NCBI RefSeq assembly: GCF_964355755.1
Contig: NC_092677.1
Location: forward strand, 14,778,101-14,842,100
Length of the DNA: 64,000 nt
From: Antedon mediterranea
Lineage: Eukaryota > Animalia > Echinodermata
Reading direction: 5' to 3'
The position numbers were made by a program, and so were the translations under genes. Below, in pieces: positions 25,076 to 37,800 of this stretch (positions are counted from its first letter, which is position 1; each line of letters opens with the position of its first letter). A model generated the notes under the pieces. The model did not search any database. It saw nothing but the letters and a program-made list of their open reading frames with translations, and had not been told where the DNA came from.

Positions 25076-28000
25076 AAACAAGACATTTTCCCAAAATGAA
25101 GATTTGATTGACAACCGGGAGTTTCAAAAACTGAATGCGATGCGATTTGCAGATGTCAATATCATCATGATTGTCTTATTATTATTAAACAATAAACAAT
25201 GCTGGGAGATGTTTAATTTGGATTGGATGCAATGAGCTTTACAACCTGCGTACAAATGACAATATATGGAATGCTTTAAGCTTACAATGAAAGTAACCGC
25301 CGTCAGATTGCAGTATTGAAATGGTAACTTAAGCTGCACTGTGTGATTCAAAGTATTTTACTATTATCATGAATTAATAAAAAATTGGATGTCAAGGCTT
25401 TTTTTCAGTCTATTTTATCAGTTTTATTTACTAACAGCTTTGTAAATGATGTTCAAATCTTGCCAATCAATATTAATCTTATTAATTCTATTCAAAACAA
25501 TGAAAATGTTGATTTTTACTATAGACTTTACCATGTAGAAATAGTGTATACAAATAATTTTAAACTATGTAGAGTTTCCCAACCTATCCTGAAAGTATAT
25601 TTATTAACACAGTAGTATCTGCAAGTTAGTATTATGTTTTTATCTCATTTGAAGGTAATCAATATTAAATGGAATAGATTGGGGGGAAAAAATAACTAAC
25701 AGTACAGTATATTGCAAATTGTTGCTGTTGTGCGTTTATGCTATACAACTTTTCATAATTGTGTTTGCCTCCAGAAAATCATACTATACATGTTCTATGA
25801 TATTTCAGGTTTGTGTATACTTATATGTCATGCAAATAAACACCTGATATGTCATAGTAATTGTGTATAGCACCTCAAAATCATAATTATGCCCATAATT
25901 ATATGATTTTAGAGGTGTATATACATGTTATATGAAAATAATGAACATCTGATATTTCATAATGTTTAATTTCACCTGTAAAATCATTTTATTCAAATGT
26001 ATATATTTTGTTATTCAAATTCCTTTGGACACCTGTTGTGTATTCAATTCATGATATCTGGTATATTTATACCTACAAAACAAGGAAAATCTTCACAGAT
26101 TTAGGTTTTTGACTGCGTAACACTCCCCCGAGCACTCGTAAATAGAGTATTGAAATGTGAAATGATCGTTATATGCATTGTACAAAGTTGATTAGTGTTA
26201 ATTGAAATATATAATTATTATTATTGTTGTCTGGACACATTATTTTTATTAAAAATTGATGCCTTTTAATTTTTATAATTAGATGTTCACTGTTCATTTA
26301 CATTATGGAGTTTCTAGAGTTGAAGTTGTATTTTTGTAAGACATTTGATCCTGTTAATTGCAATATTTTTGTCAGTAGAAGCCTTTCATAGTTTCAAATT
26401 CTTATTACAAATTTTAAAGGGATTTGATACGTTGTTGCTTTAATTATTTTTTTGGCACTTACTTTTTTTACATAGAGTATAATAAAGGTGATATGTAATG
26501 AATTTTTAAGTTTAAACATTTTTAATAATTTTTCTTTACTTTTAGTACATTGCTAAGGAAAAATGAAAACCTGATTGTAATGTTTTGAGCCCACCGATCG
26601 GCTAAACAAAAAAGAAATATATTAATTTGCCTTATTTTTATATTGTTCTTATATGCCTAGGAATAGATTTTTTAATTACAGATAGTTGCACATATTATAT
26701 GAGAAAATGAAAAGGCCTGTAGATGTTGAAAATGTTACTATGGTTTGCCTTCATTTATTTTATCAAGTTATTGAAGTGAAGAATAAATGAGAATAGAATT
26801 CTTTTTATATTTTAAGTTATTTTAAATTAAATGGTACAATATTAACACTTGTTGTTAAGTACTAATAAAACATTTATTTACATGAAAATGTGCTTTTTAA
26901 ATTGTGAGATGTTGCTTTATAAGATGTATATAAGTAAGAAGGTAAAATCCAAGAAAAATAATTTTAAATTTACAAATTATTTATTAAGAGTTAGGTTAGT
27001 TTGCAAATGCTGTACAGAGATAATATCCTACTCTAATCACATCGGTATCTGTTCAAATATTGGTATAGGTATCAGGTTGTTTACCAATGTACTGTATGAT
27101 ATTGATCTCTTTACCAGTATGTTGTTATGTTTACCAATGTACTGTATGGTATTGATCTCTTTACCAGTATGTTGTTATGTTTACCAATGTACTGTATGAT
27201 ATTGATCTCTTTACCAGTATGTTGTTATGTTTACCAATGTACTGTATGGTATTGATCTCTTTACCAGTATGTTGTTATGTTTACCAATGTACATTTTGGG
27301 ATTGATCGGTATGTTTGGTATCTGTACCAATGTACAGTTTGGTATTGATATCTTTACCAATATGTTTGGTATCTGTACCAATGTACAGTTTGGTATTGAT
27401 ATCTTTACCAATATGTTTGGTATCTGTACCAATGTATTGTATACCAGTACATTGGTATATGTACATTTATAACTTTACCAATGTATAGTGGTAATGTCTA
27501 CCATTATGTGAAACCTGTACCAACTCATCGGTTTAAACAGTGCGGTGGTATTTCTACCATTGATATACATATGTGTGTTTCTTTCAAAAGAAAAACTGTA
27601 TATCTAACAGTTTGAATAAATCCTGCACTTAGTATATATACCAATTTAAAAGCGTTGGTATCTAGTGTGTTGATAATGTAATTGTACCGGCACCTTGAAA
27701 AGAGGACATTTTGGTATATAGTATACAACATTGTGGTATAACATGTTGGTATAAGCATTGGTATTTGATTTGGTATGCACTGTTGAAGCATTTTGCTGTT
27801 ATTGTTATTTATGAGCTGAAGTTGAATAGTGTTATTGATATTTTTATATATTGCCAAACACCTTAGATTTTAGATCAGCGGTGTTTAAAATTATATATAA
27901 ATGTCATGGTTTATGACAAGTTAAACAAAAAATCGGTTGTACATATTTATGAAATTTATAATGAGAAATAATCGTGTATATGTTCTGCTTGATTGTATTA

Positions 28001-28120
28001 TATGAAAAAAAGTGTTGTTATTAAAATGATTGACAAATTATATTCATTTCAAATGCAATTATTATGAATTTGCTACTATCATTGTAACTGATCATAGTTG
28101 TAAAATAATACAATAATTAT
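25076..28120 (+). other. Probable long AU-rich 3' UTR of robo (end uncertain)
   Basis: Follows the stop codon, has no exon-like coding sequence, is very T/A-rich and contains several AATAAA hexamers. The true polyA site cannot be determined from sequence. Confidence 0.4.
27078..27440. repeat. Two adjacent related minisatellites (50-bp x ~4, then 51-bp x ~2.5)
   Basis: TTACCAATGT recurs at 27081, 27131, 27181, 27231 and 27281; ATGTTTGGTATCTGTACCAATGT recurs at 27311, 27362 and 27413. Confidence 0.9.
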
Positions 28121-29790
28121 TGTTTATTTTATGTATTTTTTCCACCGATGATATTGCAGTGCGCGACAGGCAGACAAGCGTACTAGTTTTAATGCTTATA
28201 AAAAAACTGTATTCTGGCTTTTGTATGGCGGGGCTATAAATGTTGCGTTCGGTTATATTGTATTTTATCAGTCAAATTAAATTTAATCTATAATAATATT
28301 ATTCTAACTTGTGTTATAATGTATCTAAAGCTATGTTTACACGCTCTGTTAAATACAGCGTTTCATTCGATTTGTCCCGCGTTCACATGTGTGTGGTATA
28401 AAGTTATATATACTGCATTTCTGAAAGAGTTATATTACAGGTAGGGCCCTACTTTGGAGGTATAATAAAGTTATCCGATCACACAAGCACATCGGATGTA
28501 ACTATGATTCGGATCAGCTTAAAACTCTCTATGCACGATTAAACTCTAGTGTGTGTGTGAACTCGGCTTATGCATATGTTCTTAGTGCATACAAATAGGG
28601 ATGTTCACCTTTGAGAACAAAAATCAAATTGACCGTAAAAATATACACAATTAGACTTTACAAGTAAATGTATTTAAAGTTCATTCAGTATACGATAAGT
28701 ATCACCATATTCTGTACTTATTTACGTTTAAGTCTGTTGTGTAAAGCCTAAATATTTGAAAGGGATAAGCTAGTTTCTTGTCAAAAAAGTACAGTAATGT
28801 AATCTAATAAGCTGTATTTACTTTTAATAAAATAATAATGGAATAGTATAACTCATTTTAAGGGGACATCTTCTGCACCCAACAAAGTTTGACCTTAATG
28901 TTTCACAGAAATTGTACCCGCAAAATAAGAGTCTCAATTAAATATTTGTGTCTACAATACTTGTAATAATAATGTCGTTAATAGTAGGAAGGAAATACTA
29001 CCGAACGAACATTTATCCTATCTAATTCAGTATGTACTGTATGTCACTCAAATCAAACGTTTAGGCCTATATACTAAGTTCTTCTTTCTAAAAAATAACC
29101 ACCAGTATCTGGATGAAGTTATATTGAAAAAGGCTGACTAATAGCATTACTTCACCAAAACACATTAAATTTCATATTCATTTTCTTCTAGATAACCTGT
29201 GCTAGTATACAAAATAAAGTATTACTATCTATATTTACTAGAAATTACAGATTGTACAATAGGCCTTAGGAATGTCGCTTCATTGGATACCAAAAGAGCA
29301 CCCACTGACTATGCATTGTGTAGTCTTCGCTTGCAATAATTGATTCAGAAGCTGTAAACTTTGCCTAGGTTCTCCTAGGCCAACGTTTTGTAGACAAACC
29401 ATGACCTTTCGGTTCTGAAAAGCAATGAATCTGTGTGGAGAATATACGTTGCAGAAATTAAATTAATAGGCTTAAATAACACAATTTAAGGCGTACTTGC
29501 CATACCCGGGGGTTTTGTGGATCGAAATCATTCACATAAGTTTGCAAAGTACCAATATTTGTTTTTATTATTCTAATATAATTCGATTATATTTTACCAA
29601 ATAATGTTTGATTTGAGTTACATGCAACAAAGTGAGGTTAGTATTTTGTCGTGTTCACAACACTAAGCCGCTGCCTGGTATATCTACATGTAAAGCACTG
29701 CTTTACACACAAAGTTTGAATATTAAATCTGTGTTAACAGTAGTAATTGATTGACTCGTTTTATATATTGTCTTCTGTCATTAATGCGTA

Positions 29791-29914
29791 AGCTTGGTTC
29801 CCTAGAACGCAACGCAGTCACAAACGATGAATTATCCGAACTGTCGCTTGCCATTGGTCAAATTGTTTGCGTTGCGCTTACGTCCTTGCGTTGGGTCCTA
29901 GTGGGAACTAAGCT
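29791..29914. mobile_element. Short MITE (PIF/Harbinger-like ends)
   Basis: Imperfect TIRs AGCTTGGTTCCCTAG / CTAGTGGGAACTAAGCT with internal ACGCAACGCA / TGCGTTGCG. A related end lies near 11660-11700. Confidence 0.55.
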
Positions 29915-30199
29915 TGAATTCTATATCGGGGATTGATGTTGTAGACTAACCCTGATTGAGAGGATACCTGGAAAAACACAGTGTCGATTGATTTAATAGA
30001 GGTTTCCCCTGAATAGGCATTGGTTTCGTAAAACATATATTAGGCTATCCCGTTCCTTCCTTGAAATATAGCTCTACCCTTTTAATAAGTAGGGCGTCCC
30101 ACTGGGCTGTACTGTACATTATATATTTACTTTTATATTCTGTCTTTCCCTTTACCTGTCCAGCGATCCACCATCCGTAATTAGTTAATTAGGATAAAA

Positions 30200-30521
30200 T
30201 CACATGACCACCAATAAGTCATGCATACGTCACGGATTCTTTGGATTTTAAACAATGAAGCCATTGTCAAAGGTATGCTGTCATACGTTTGTTGAAGATT
30301 GAAGATGGCGGAAAGTACATAACGCAGCTGACTTTAAAAAGATCAAATAAACAAAGAAATTAGCAAGTTTAAAGACTGAAAACTGAATCAAGGGAAAATG
30401 GATAGGATAATACTGTAATAATACGGGAATAAACACAAATTAACGGATTGTATACGAGCGTGTGGAAGACGGTGATGACGGTAGGACCAACAAGCCAGAT
30501 TCAAACAAAAAACGAGTAAGT
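30200..30521 (+). promoter_or_regulatory. Candidate promoter and first exon of an unidentified + strand transcript
   Basis: TCACATGA, CCAAT and TACGTCA motifs at ~30200-30232, a YY1-type AAGATGGCGG at 30302-30311, locally CpG-richer sequence, and a consensus donor GA|GTAAGT at 30516. Confidence 0.4.
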
Positions 30522-30872
30522 CTTAGATACTACATATTTTATAAATATTCCGTTAACAACATCGATATAATTGTTTTTAGCAGTAGTTTACACAGTAAGA
30601 TGTGGTCTGTTTCGAGTTTTAGGTTTACATTGTTTAAATAAAAGCGCGAATCCACATCGCCATCAACACTTGTTGACGATTGGTAGCGCAGGCCGAACGA
30701 CCGATAGACCGGTTATTTATATGAGGTAGACTATTTACAACTTTGATTTGTGTATTTTGATTGTTTAGGCCTACACAACCACATTGTTGGCAGGACAGTA
30801 ATAATGTGAGAGTCTCCGTTTGTATTGTAACATATTAGGGACAATTTCATGTGACAATATAAATATTTGTAT

Positions 30873-30976
30873 TTTTAGTTGCGTGCAAACTCGACTCTAG
30901 CTCACTATGTCGGTCCGTCGGTAAACACTAAATCAAATTTGAGCACACGGCTGCAGCTATGTATATGGCCTTGTTG
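30873..30976 (+). mobile_element. Degenerate Helentron/HINE(DINE)-like non-autonomous element (second copy ~35980-36123)
   Basis: Starts TTTTTAGTTGCGTGC..GACTCT..CACTATGTCGGTCCG and ends GGCCTTGTT. The 36-kb copy shares CACTATGTCGGTCCG and ends GCACGCGACTTATGGC..GGCCTTGTT. Confidence 0.5.
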
Positions 30977-31269
30977 TTTATCAACATGACATGAACATAT
31001 CACAACAAAAAATTAAATGATTTTCTCAGAATCTTAATCGATTACAGAAACCGTGTTTTTTAAATGTGATCGATACACTAGTAACTGGTCTTAAGCTCTG
31101 GTAGTGATATACCCAAATATGTTAGTGATATGACATCATCATGTCCATATATGGGAATATCACATTGTTTTGCCATATAAAGTTTGATAGTGTAGACAGA
31201 GCTTTACACCTTGTCACATTATAATGTATTTTCAATTTGAAGCTTGTATTAAAATGATTTAATTAATAT

Positions 31270-31583
31270 TATATAACACCTATATAAATTCCTGTCATTT
31301 GATTGGACGAATGTGGGTCACATGGCGTGCAATAGTACGCACTATTCAACGATCGTTAAATAGTACTTTTTTGTGTACGAAAAAAAAACGTCTAGATGTT
31401 ATATAAAACAAATAATGAATGTTTTGTATTCGTGTAATGGTACAAATAATGGCACTTGGTGAATGATGAAAGGTTATATCAACTCGGCTTTGCCTCGTTG
31501 ATATAACCTTTCATCATTCACCTCGTGCCATTATTTGTACCATTGCACTCATAAACATTCATTATTTGTATAATATTTGTGGT
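31270..31583 (+). mobile_element. Non-autonomous hairpin repeat, copy 2
   Basis: Near-identical to 16911-17225 apart from a short central segment. Confidence 0.75.
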
Positions 31584-31827
31584 CAAATAGACGAATACGG
31601 ATTCTTCTGCCCCCGCCACTATGACGTTAATAACAGATAAATGTATTGTAATTGTCAGCACTAAAATGTATTTTTGTTCTGTTCAGTAGATTTAATTAAA
31701 AAGTGGTGGTAAAGCCATATTAGTTTTACAATTTATCGCATGCTGCCAACTCATTTTATCTATAGCTAATAAATATCTACAGTAGACTATAGAAGAGTAT
31801 AGAATATATTCTATACTCTTGATAGGT

Positions 31828-34800
31828 TCAGTTTACGAATGCCTTAAGTTTTTCTAATGCTGCTGTTGTCGATTTTGTGTCCGGGTGATCTCCACCAAGG
31901 AAGAGTTGAAATATTCGCAATGCTTCGTTGAACTGGTAGCGAGCTCTTTCAAAGAGATTATTTGCAAATAGGAACGCTCCTAAGTTATATCTGAAAAAGA
32001 ATATACAGTAGAAATTATGAATGTTCTCATTAGACATTCTAGATGTTTGTTGTTGAATATGTTTATACCATTCAAATAGAATAGATAAATACATTACGTA
32101 TTAAAATAAATATAGAATAATTCTAGCAAATGAAGAAAATAAGCGAGTTCAAGACTGTTTTAAACCTATTGTTGTAAAGTCTCAACTATATAGTAGTTGT
32201 ACACCAGTCAAATAAATGCATATTACAAATCGGATATTAGAGGATAATGAAAGAGAAAACAAGTTGACATTCCAGTAAGTTAAAAGTGTTAAAACACTTC
32301 AAACGTACCTGACAACTGCAACGTCAACGTGGTTCTGTCCATAAGCCTGTACCATGATATTCAACACTCCTTTGAATAAATCTCCAGCTAGTTTGTCATT
32401 CTTGTCATCGTAAACCAAAGCGATGTTATTCAAGATGGCTCCCACACGTGGGTGACTCAACCCTACTTCATTTTGGGTTAGCTGCATATCCCAAAGATGG
32501 TGGATCAACCCGTCTTCAAGACGACCTTGTCCGTACGAAAGCTCTCCAATCTGAGAAATACAGATCGAAAGTATCAATTGTGTTTCTTTCTAAATTTATT
32601 TTCAAAAACAACATCATGACGTCCATTTATTGGTTGGTTTCTATTGGTTATTTTAACTATTAAAATTTTAAAAATGTTTAGTATTTTTTATTCCGTTAAC
32701 ATTCTTTACTGTCGAGCACTGATATGACGTGACCCACAAGGGAGAAGCATGTAGTTGAATTTACCTGTCCAACTATTGCGGCAACATAGTGGTGGTTCTT
32801 TCCTAGAATATCGGTTGCTATCTCCTGAGCTCGTTTTAAATATTTCTTTGCTTCTTCTGCTTTCTCTTGAAGTCGAAGTACAGATCTTTAACAATCATAA
32901 GAAAATCGTATATCAAACCTATTTATTTTGTGAATATTAATTAGATTGGTTTGGTACTAAATGTTGACGAAGTTTGTAACGCATGATAACGAAGATTCAG
33001 ATAATTTAAGAACATGAACTTTGATATATTATATTGTATTTACCCCATTCCAAGAAGAGCTTTCACAAATTGGAGTTTCTGCGCTGGTGTGCGAATCTTG
33101 TTCATACGACTAATGACGTCATGTAGGTTTTTCATAGAATCATCGAGTTCCCCGAGATTTCGACAAACCAAGCCTAGCTGTATTATTACCTGTCAACGAA
33201 TACATCATTATACACTGTAAATATTGTTCCTAATTATGAATATCTGGTAAAATTACATCAGAGTCCGCGTACACACAGAATCTACCACTTCGTAGTAGTT
33301 TACATAGGTTATTTTTACAATGGTTGGGAAACGAAATAAATGTTAGAAATATCAAACTTTGCAGTGCAGCAGCGCTTACCTCCAGCACCTCTGGATGTAC
33401 ACATTGTCGTTTGTATGTGTAATGTCTATGATGGTATACAATTGTTGAATAATCTTCCTTGTATTTTGTTTCCAAAGCCTCAAGCAGCCGCTCATACAGT
33501 GATCTTAGAAATAATGTACATAAATAGCTATGGTTATTTTAGTTATTTAATGAATTGGAATTTATTAATGGATTAACACAAACAAATTGTAGTTCAATGA
33601 AGACTACTACTAATGTTTAAAAAATAGTCACTCAATTCTATATTCTATATTAAATATTAACCTTGCCCCTTTTTGAAGACCCAACTGCATAAAGAATCCT
33701 GCCATCGATCTAATTAGACCAGCTTTATCTCTTGTACTTTCCCACGTTTCCACTTTTGCCAATGTATCGAGATACGCTTGTTCAACTTGTTCATAACCAC
33801 CGAGCTAAAATAATATACATAAATACACACTAACAACATTTTGTATTTTACTTAATAATTTCTAATGTTTTAGTATGTACTGAATGAGAGAGAGGCTAAT
33901 GCTGGTTTATCCAGGTAAGCTAGGCACGATATAGACTACATCATGTAATGTGGAGGTTGGCAAAAAAACAATGATATGATGGCCTAGTAGTCGTTACTTA
34001 CATAATTAAATACATATTATTCTTTTTACAATAATTATGTATACCTATGATAGTAAACTAAACATATTATAGTGACATTGAACCAGCTCATAAGATAACA
34101 TTAATTTATTCTTACTAGTTGCCAAGCTTTGATGAGTTCAAATTTGCCCTCTTCCGTTGCCATCATTCTTTGAAAGACTGCAATGTTTAGAATTGTGGCA
34201 CGTAGACGCCTCAGATCACCAGCTTGTGAGAATAAGAACGGAACTTCTTCTGTCTGAAACACGGAAGGAAATATGTCCAAATTAGTATAACGTACTGTAA
34301 ATTGACATTTTCCATACCATTGCATTCATTTTTTATAATTTTAACAATTGAAAATGGCCAAACAGTTAAACTTACATAGCGATTATCAATGTCCTTTTTA
34401 TTAAAGAAATCCGCCAAGTTAAGGTAACACTCTTTCTTAAGTTCGGGTGTGTTCAGGTACTTCCTCTCAACAGCTTGTCTAAGATGGTCGTGGAAGAAGT
34501 TAAGAACTCCATTTCGATTTATTACATTCTCTTCAAGAGATAGGTAAAATGGTGACCATACTCTTGATGTTACCTTAAATAATACATTAGAAATAAGATT
34601 AATTTAAAATTAAAGTTGCATAAAAGTTAACATTATCAGTAATCAGTATATTATATCAGTTCTGAAAATAACTGTTGAGAAACTCAACAGTTCTTTTCAG
34701 AACTAATACACGTGATGTATCCATGTAAACTTTCAAACAATACAATACTGTTTGTAAGCAAGGTACAACATAATTGCAATGAATTTGGTCTATTTATTAT

Positions 34801-37800
34801 GTGTAGACCTAGGCTATGTACAGTTGCTTCTTCACTTTTATTTAATTGTATATTTAAAGGCATTATATTTAGAAAACTTACTTGTAGATATTCTGTTAAC
34901 TCAGCCTCTGTCATTCCTTTGTTAGAACACCAAATTGCAGTTGTAGTGTCTCGTACAAGTCCAGGTCTGTACAGTAAATGGCACCAAGAAAATAGGACGA
35001 CATTGTTGTTAATGTTGAGAGCAATGTATTTATCACACAACAATGTAACATAGTGCTATGCTAATAGTGATACCACAGTACTAAGATACACTGACAGTAT
35101 GTAATAATTTAATTGCCAAAAATATACTGTACCTTTCAAATGAACCAACCTCGAAATCGTTTTCCAGACGTTCAAGGATTTTAACAAAGAGTTCGCCTGG
35201 ATTATCCGCGAGAAGATACGTTTTGATTGCACTTGTTAGTTGATAAAAACTTCCGTACATGCGAATCTAAAAAGCGGAAAATTGAAGTTATTGATCATTT
35301 ATATAGACAGTGGATACAACATTTAACAAGAGCGGATTAAAAGTATTAAACATTGTGTGTTCAATAGAGTTACTGTACACTCTTCGAAAAAGAGTAGAGA
35401 TCTTCGTATGCCGGTGTAGGCCTACTGGCCAATCCACCACCAAAAAACAAGTCTACCGAAATGCGATAGTTTACCTCATCCATGAGTGACTTTAAATATA
35501 ATGGGTTGCTGGTCTGGTCTGCATCTAGTATCATATTCATCTGTTCTTCACTGAGTGTCTTAGCGTATAAAGTCATATACTCGGTTATTATCTGCTTCTT
35601 CTCATTTGGTTGTAATGGAAAGATCTCAAATGTTGGCCAATTGTTTGCTGCAACCGCATCGTAGGCCTGAAACGAATTGTATTTTATTTAGTTTGATCAA
35701 TCAACTAGCTAAAATAATCGCATTAGCTCATTATGTCAGATGATCCGCAGTTATAACCTTCTAAAAACCAGATAAATAATATTAAACTTTGGTTGAAACA
35801 TACCTTTCCAGGAAGTGTTGACAGTACCATTTTGACACCGCTTGGAAGTGATTTTGGAAGCCATTTTAATTCTTGTTCGTCGCCTTAAAAACAAAAAAGT
35901 TACTACGTTAACGTGTTGTATGTTAGTACTACTGTTTTTTAGGTAAGAGTTTCACTAACAAGCAAACATGCCTATTATCCATTTTTAATAGTTCACTATG
36001 TCGGTCCGGTATCACTATGCGTTTTATCGCTTCTCTGTACTTTTTGAACTGTTTTGATGTACATTACTTTTTGAAAGTTCATTTTTTTGTGAGAGCACGC
36101 GACTTATGGCTGTTGGCCTTGTTACTATTGTAGCTTGCTCAATAATCGGTCGTTTTCACAAAACTTACCCGTAGTTCCAGCTCCCGTGTCTAGCTGATTC
36201 AAAGCATCAAGTACGATAGTAACTTTTCCGCTATTTCCCGCCTGTTTGAGCCATGATGGCAGATCTAGGACAAGGTTACGGTCAGACGAAGGAACAGCTT
36301 GCGGGAAGTTAAAGAACTGCTTCATTTCTTCATACAATCTGTTGTAAGCAAAAATCAGTTTACATTTTTACAAAAGTGCACAATGTTACTTTAAATTTTT
36401 TTATTATTTGTAAAGAGTAAAAATGTCCAATCCAAACCTTCGCAAAAGATTTAAGTGTGAAGCACTCTCAGCTGAGCTACCAATAAAATGCATGAAGACG
36501 AAATGACTAGGGTTCTTTTCCTCGTATCTTGTGCACCAGTTAGCAATCAATGCCGACTTGCCGGAACCAGACCTTCCTAGTACAACAAATGGAACATCCG
36601 TATCTTTAGCAACGTGATCGTCAATTGCCTTGAAGTAGTCTTCTCTGCCAATATAGATTCGACAGCGAACTTCAGCAAATGCTACGTGTGCTTCTTTCTC
36701 CCGTTGTAAGCCTGTCAGTTCAGTACCCGGTGGAAAATCCTCATCTACGCATTTTGTGAGATCCTTTAAGGAGATGAATACATTGATTGATGAACATCGT
36801 TTTTACAGATTGCAAGTGCAGTGGTTTGAAAAGCATGATTATTTGAATGCGAATTTATACAAAGTATATTTCAAATCCTTTTACTCATTTATAATTGCAA
36901 AGAGCCTAAAGCTACTTCTGATAGTTACTAATACTACTTGAATCGTACTGTACATTACCTCAAGGATCTTTGCGTGTGCTTCATCAGCTCCTTTATATTT
37001 TCTTACGTTCATTCCAGACTCTTCTACAACTTTTCTGAACTCTCTTTGTTGATTGTAATGCCACAAAGATTCTAGTGCCTTTTTCTTGCTATCGGATTCT
37101 TTAACATCTGTTTTAGAAGAAGCATTATTTTCTTTTTTGATATCTGGTTCTTCTTTCTTTTCTTCTTGTTTTTCTTTTTCTTGTTTTTCCATTTCCTCCT
37201 TTTCTTTTTCTTCTTTAGCTTTAGCTTCCATTTCGTCTTGCTATAAACAAATGCGATATATTCTTTATATGTATTAGTATTTCTTTGAAATTAAAATATA
37301 TTAATACATGTTGGCTGATGTTAATATTCATACTGTACTTACAATTTGTTTCATTACTTCCATATCTTCTTCGCCTAACTGTTGCTCTCTTATATAAAAG
37401 AAAGACCGATTTTTTGAAGATTCTTTATTTCGAAGAGCGCCATATAGTGCTTCCAACTAGGAGAGAAATTAGAACCATTATCTACGTTTTATTTTGTACA
37501 ATATATTGATCTAAATTCAAACTTTACAAATGAAAATGTCTAATTGAACAGAATAGGTTGTATTTAGTATTTTCAATATAAGTATATGGAGAAAATAACT
37601 TTTAAAAGGAATTAGTCATTTATACAGTAGTATATAATTTTGTACTTAAACTTACTCTCGTAACACTAGTATCAAACCTAAAGTTATCAATCCAGTCGAA
37701 ACGACTGTAACTTTCAATGGCGACATTGTAAGTTTTGTTAAGAAGTTTATCAGGTATTGCTTCTCTCTGGGACCAGCCGTACCTCTCACCAAGTAGGCAG

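Noticed and set aside
26849-27472. Short ORFs with repeated peptides
   Set aside because: Products of the 50/51-bp minisatellites downstream of the robo stop.
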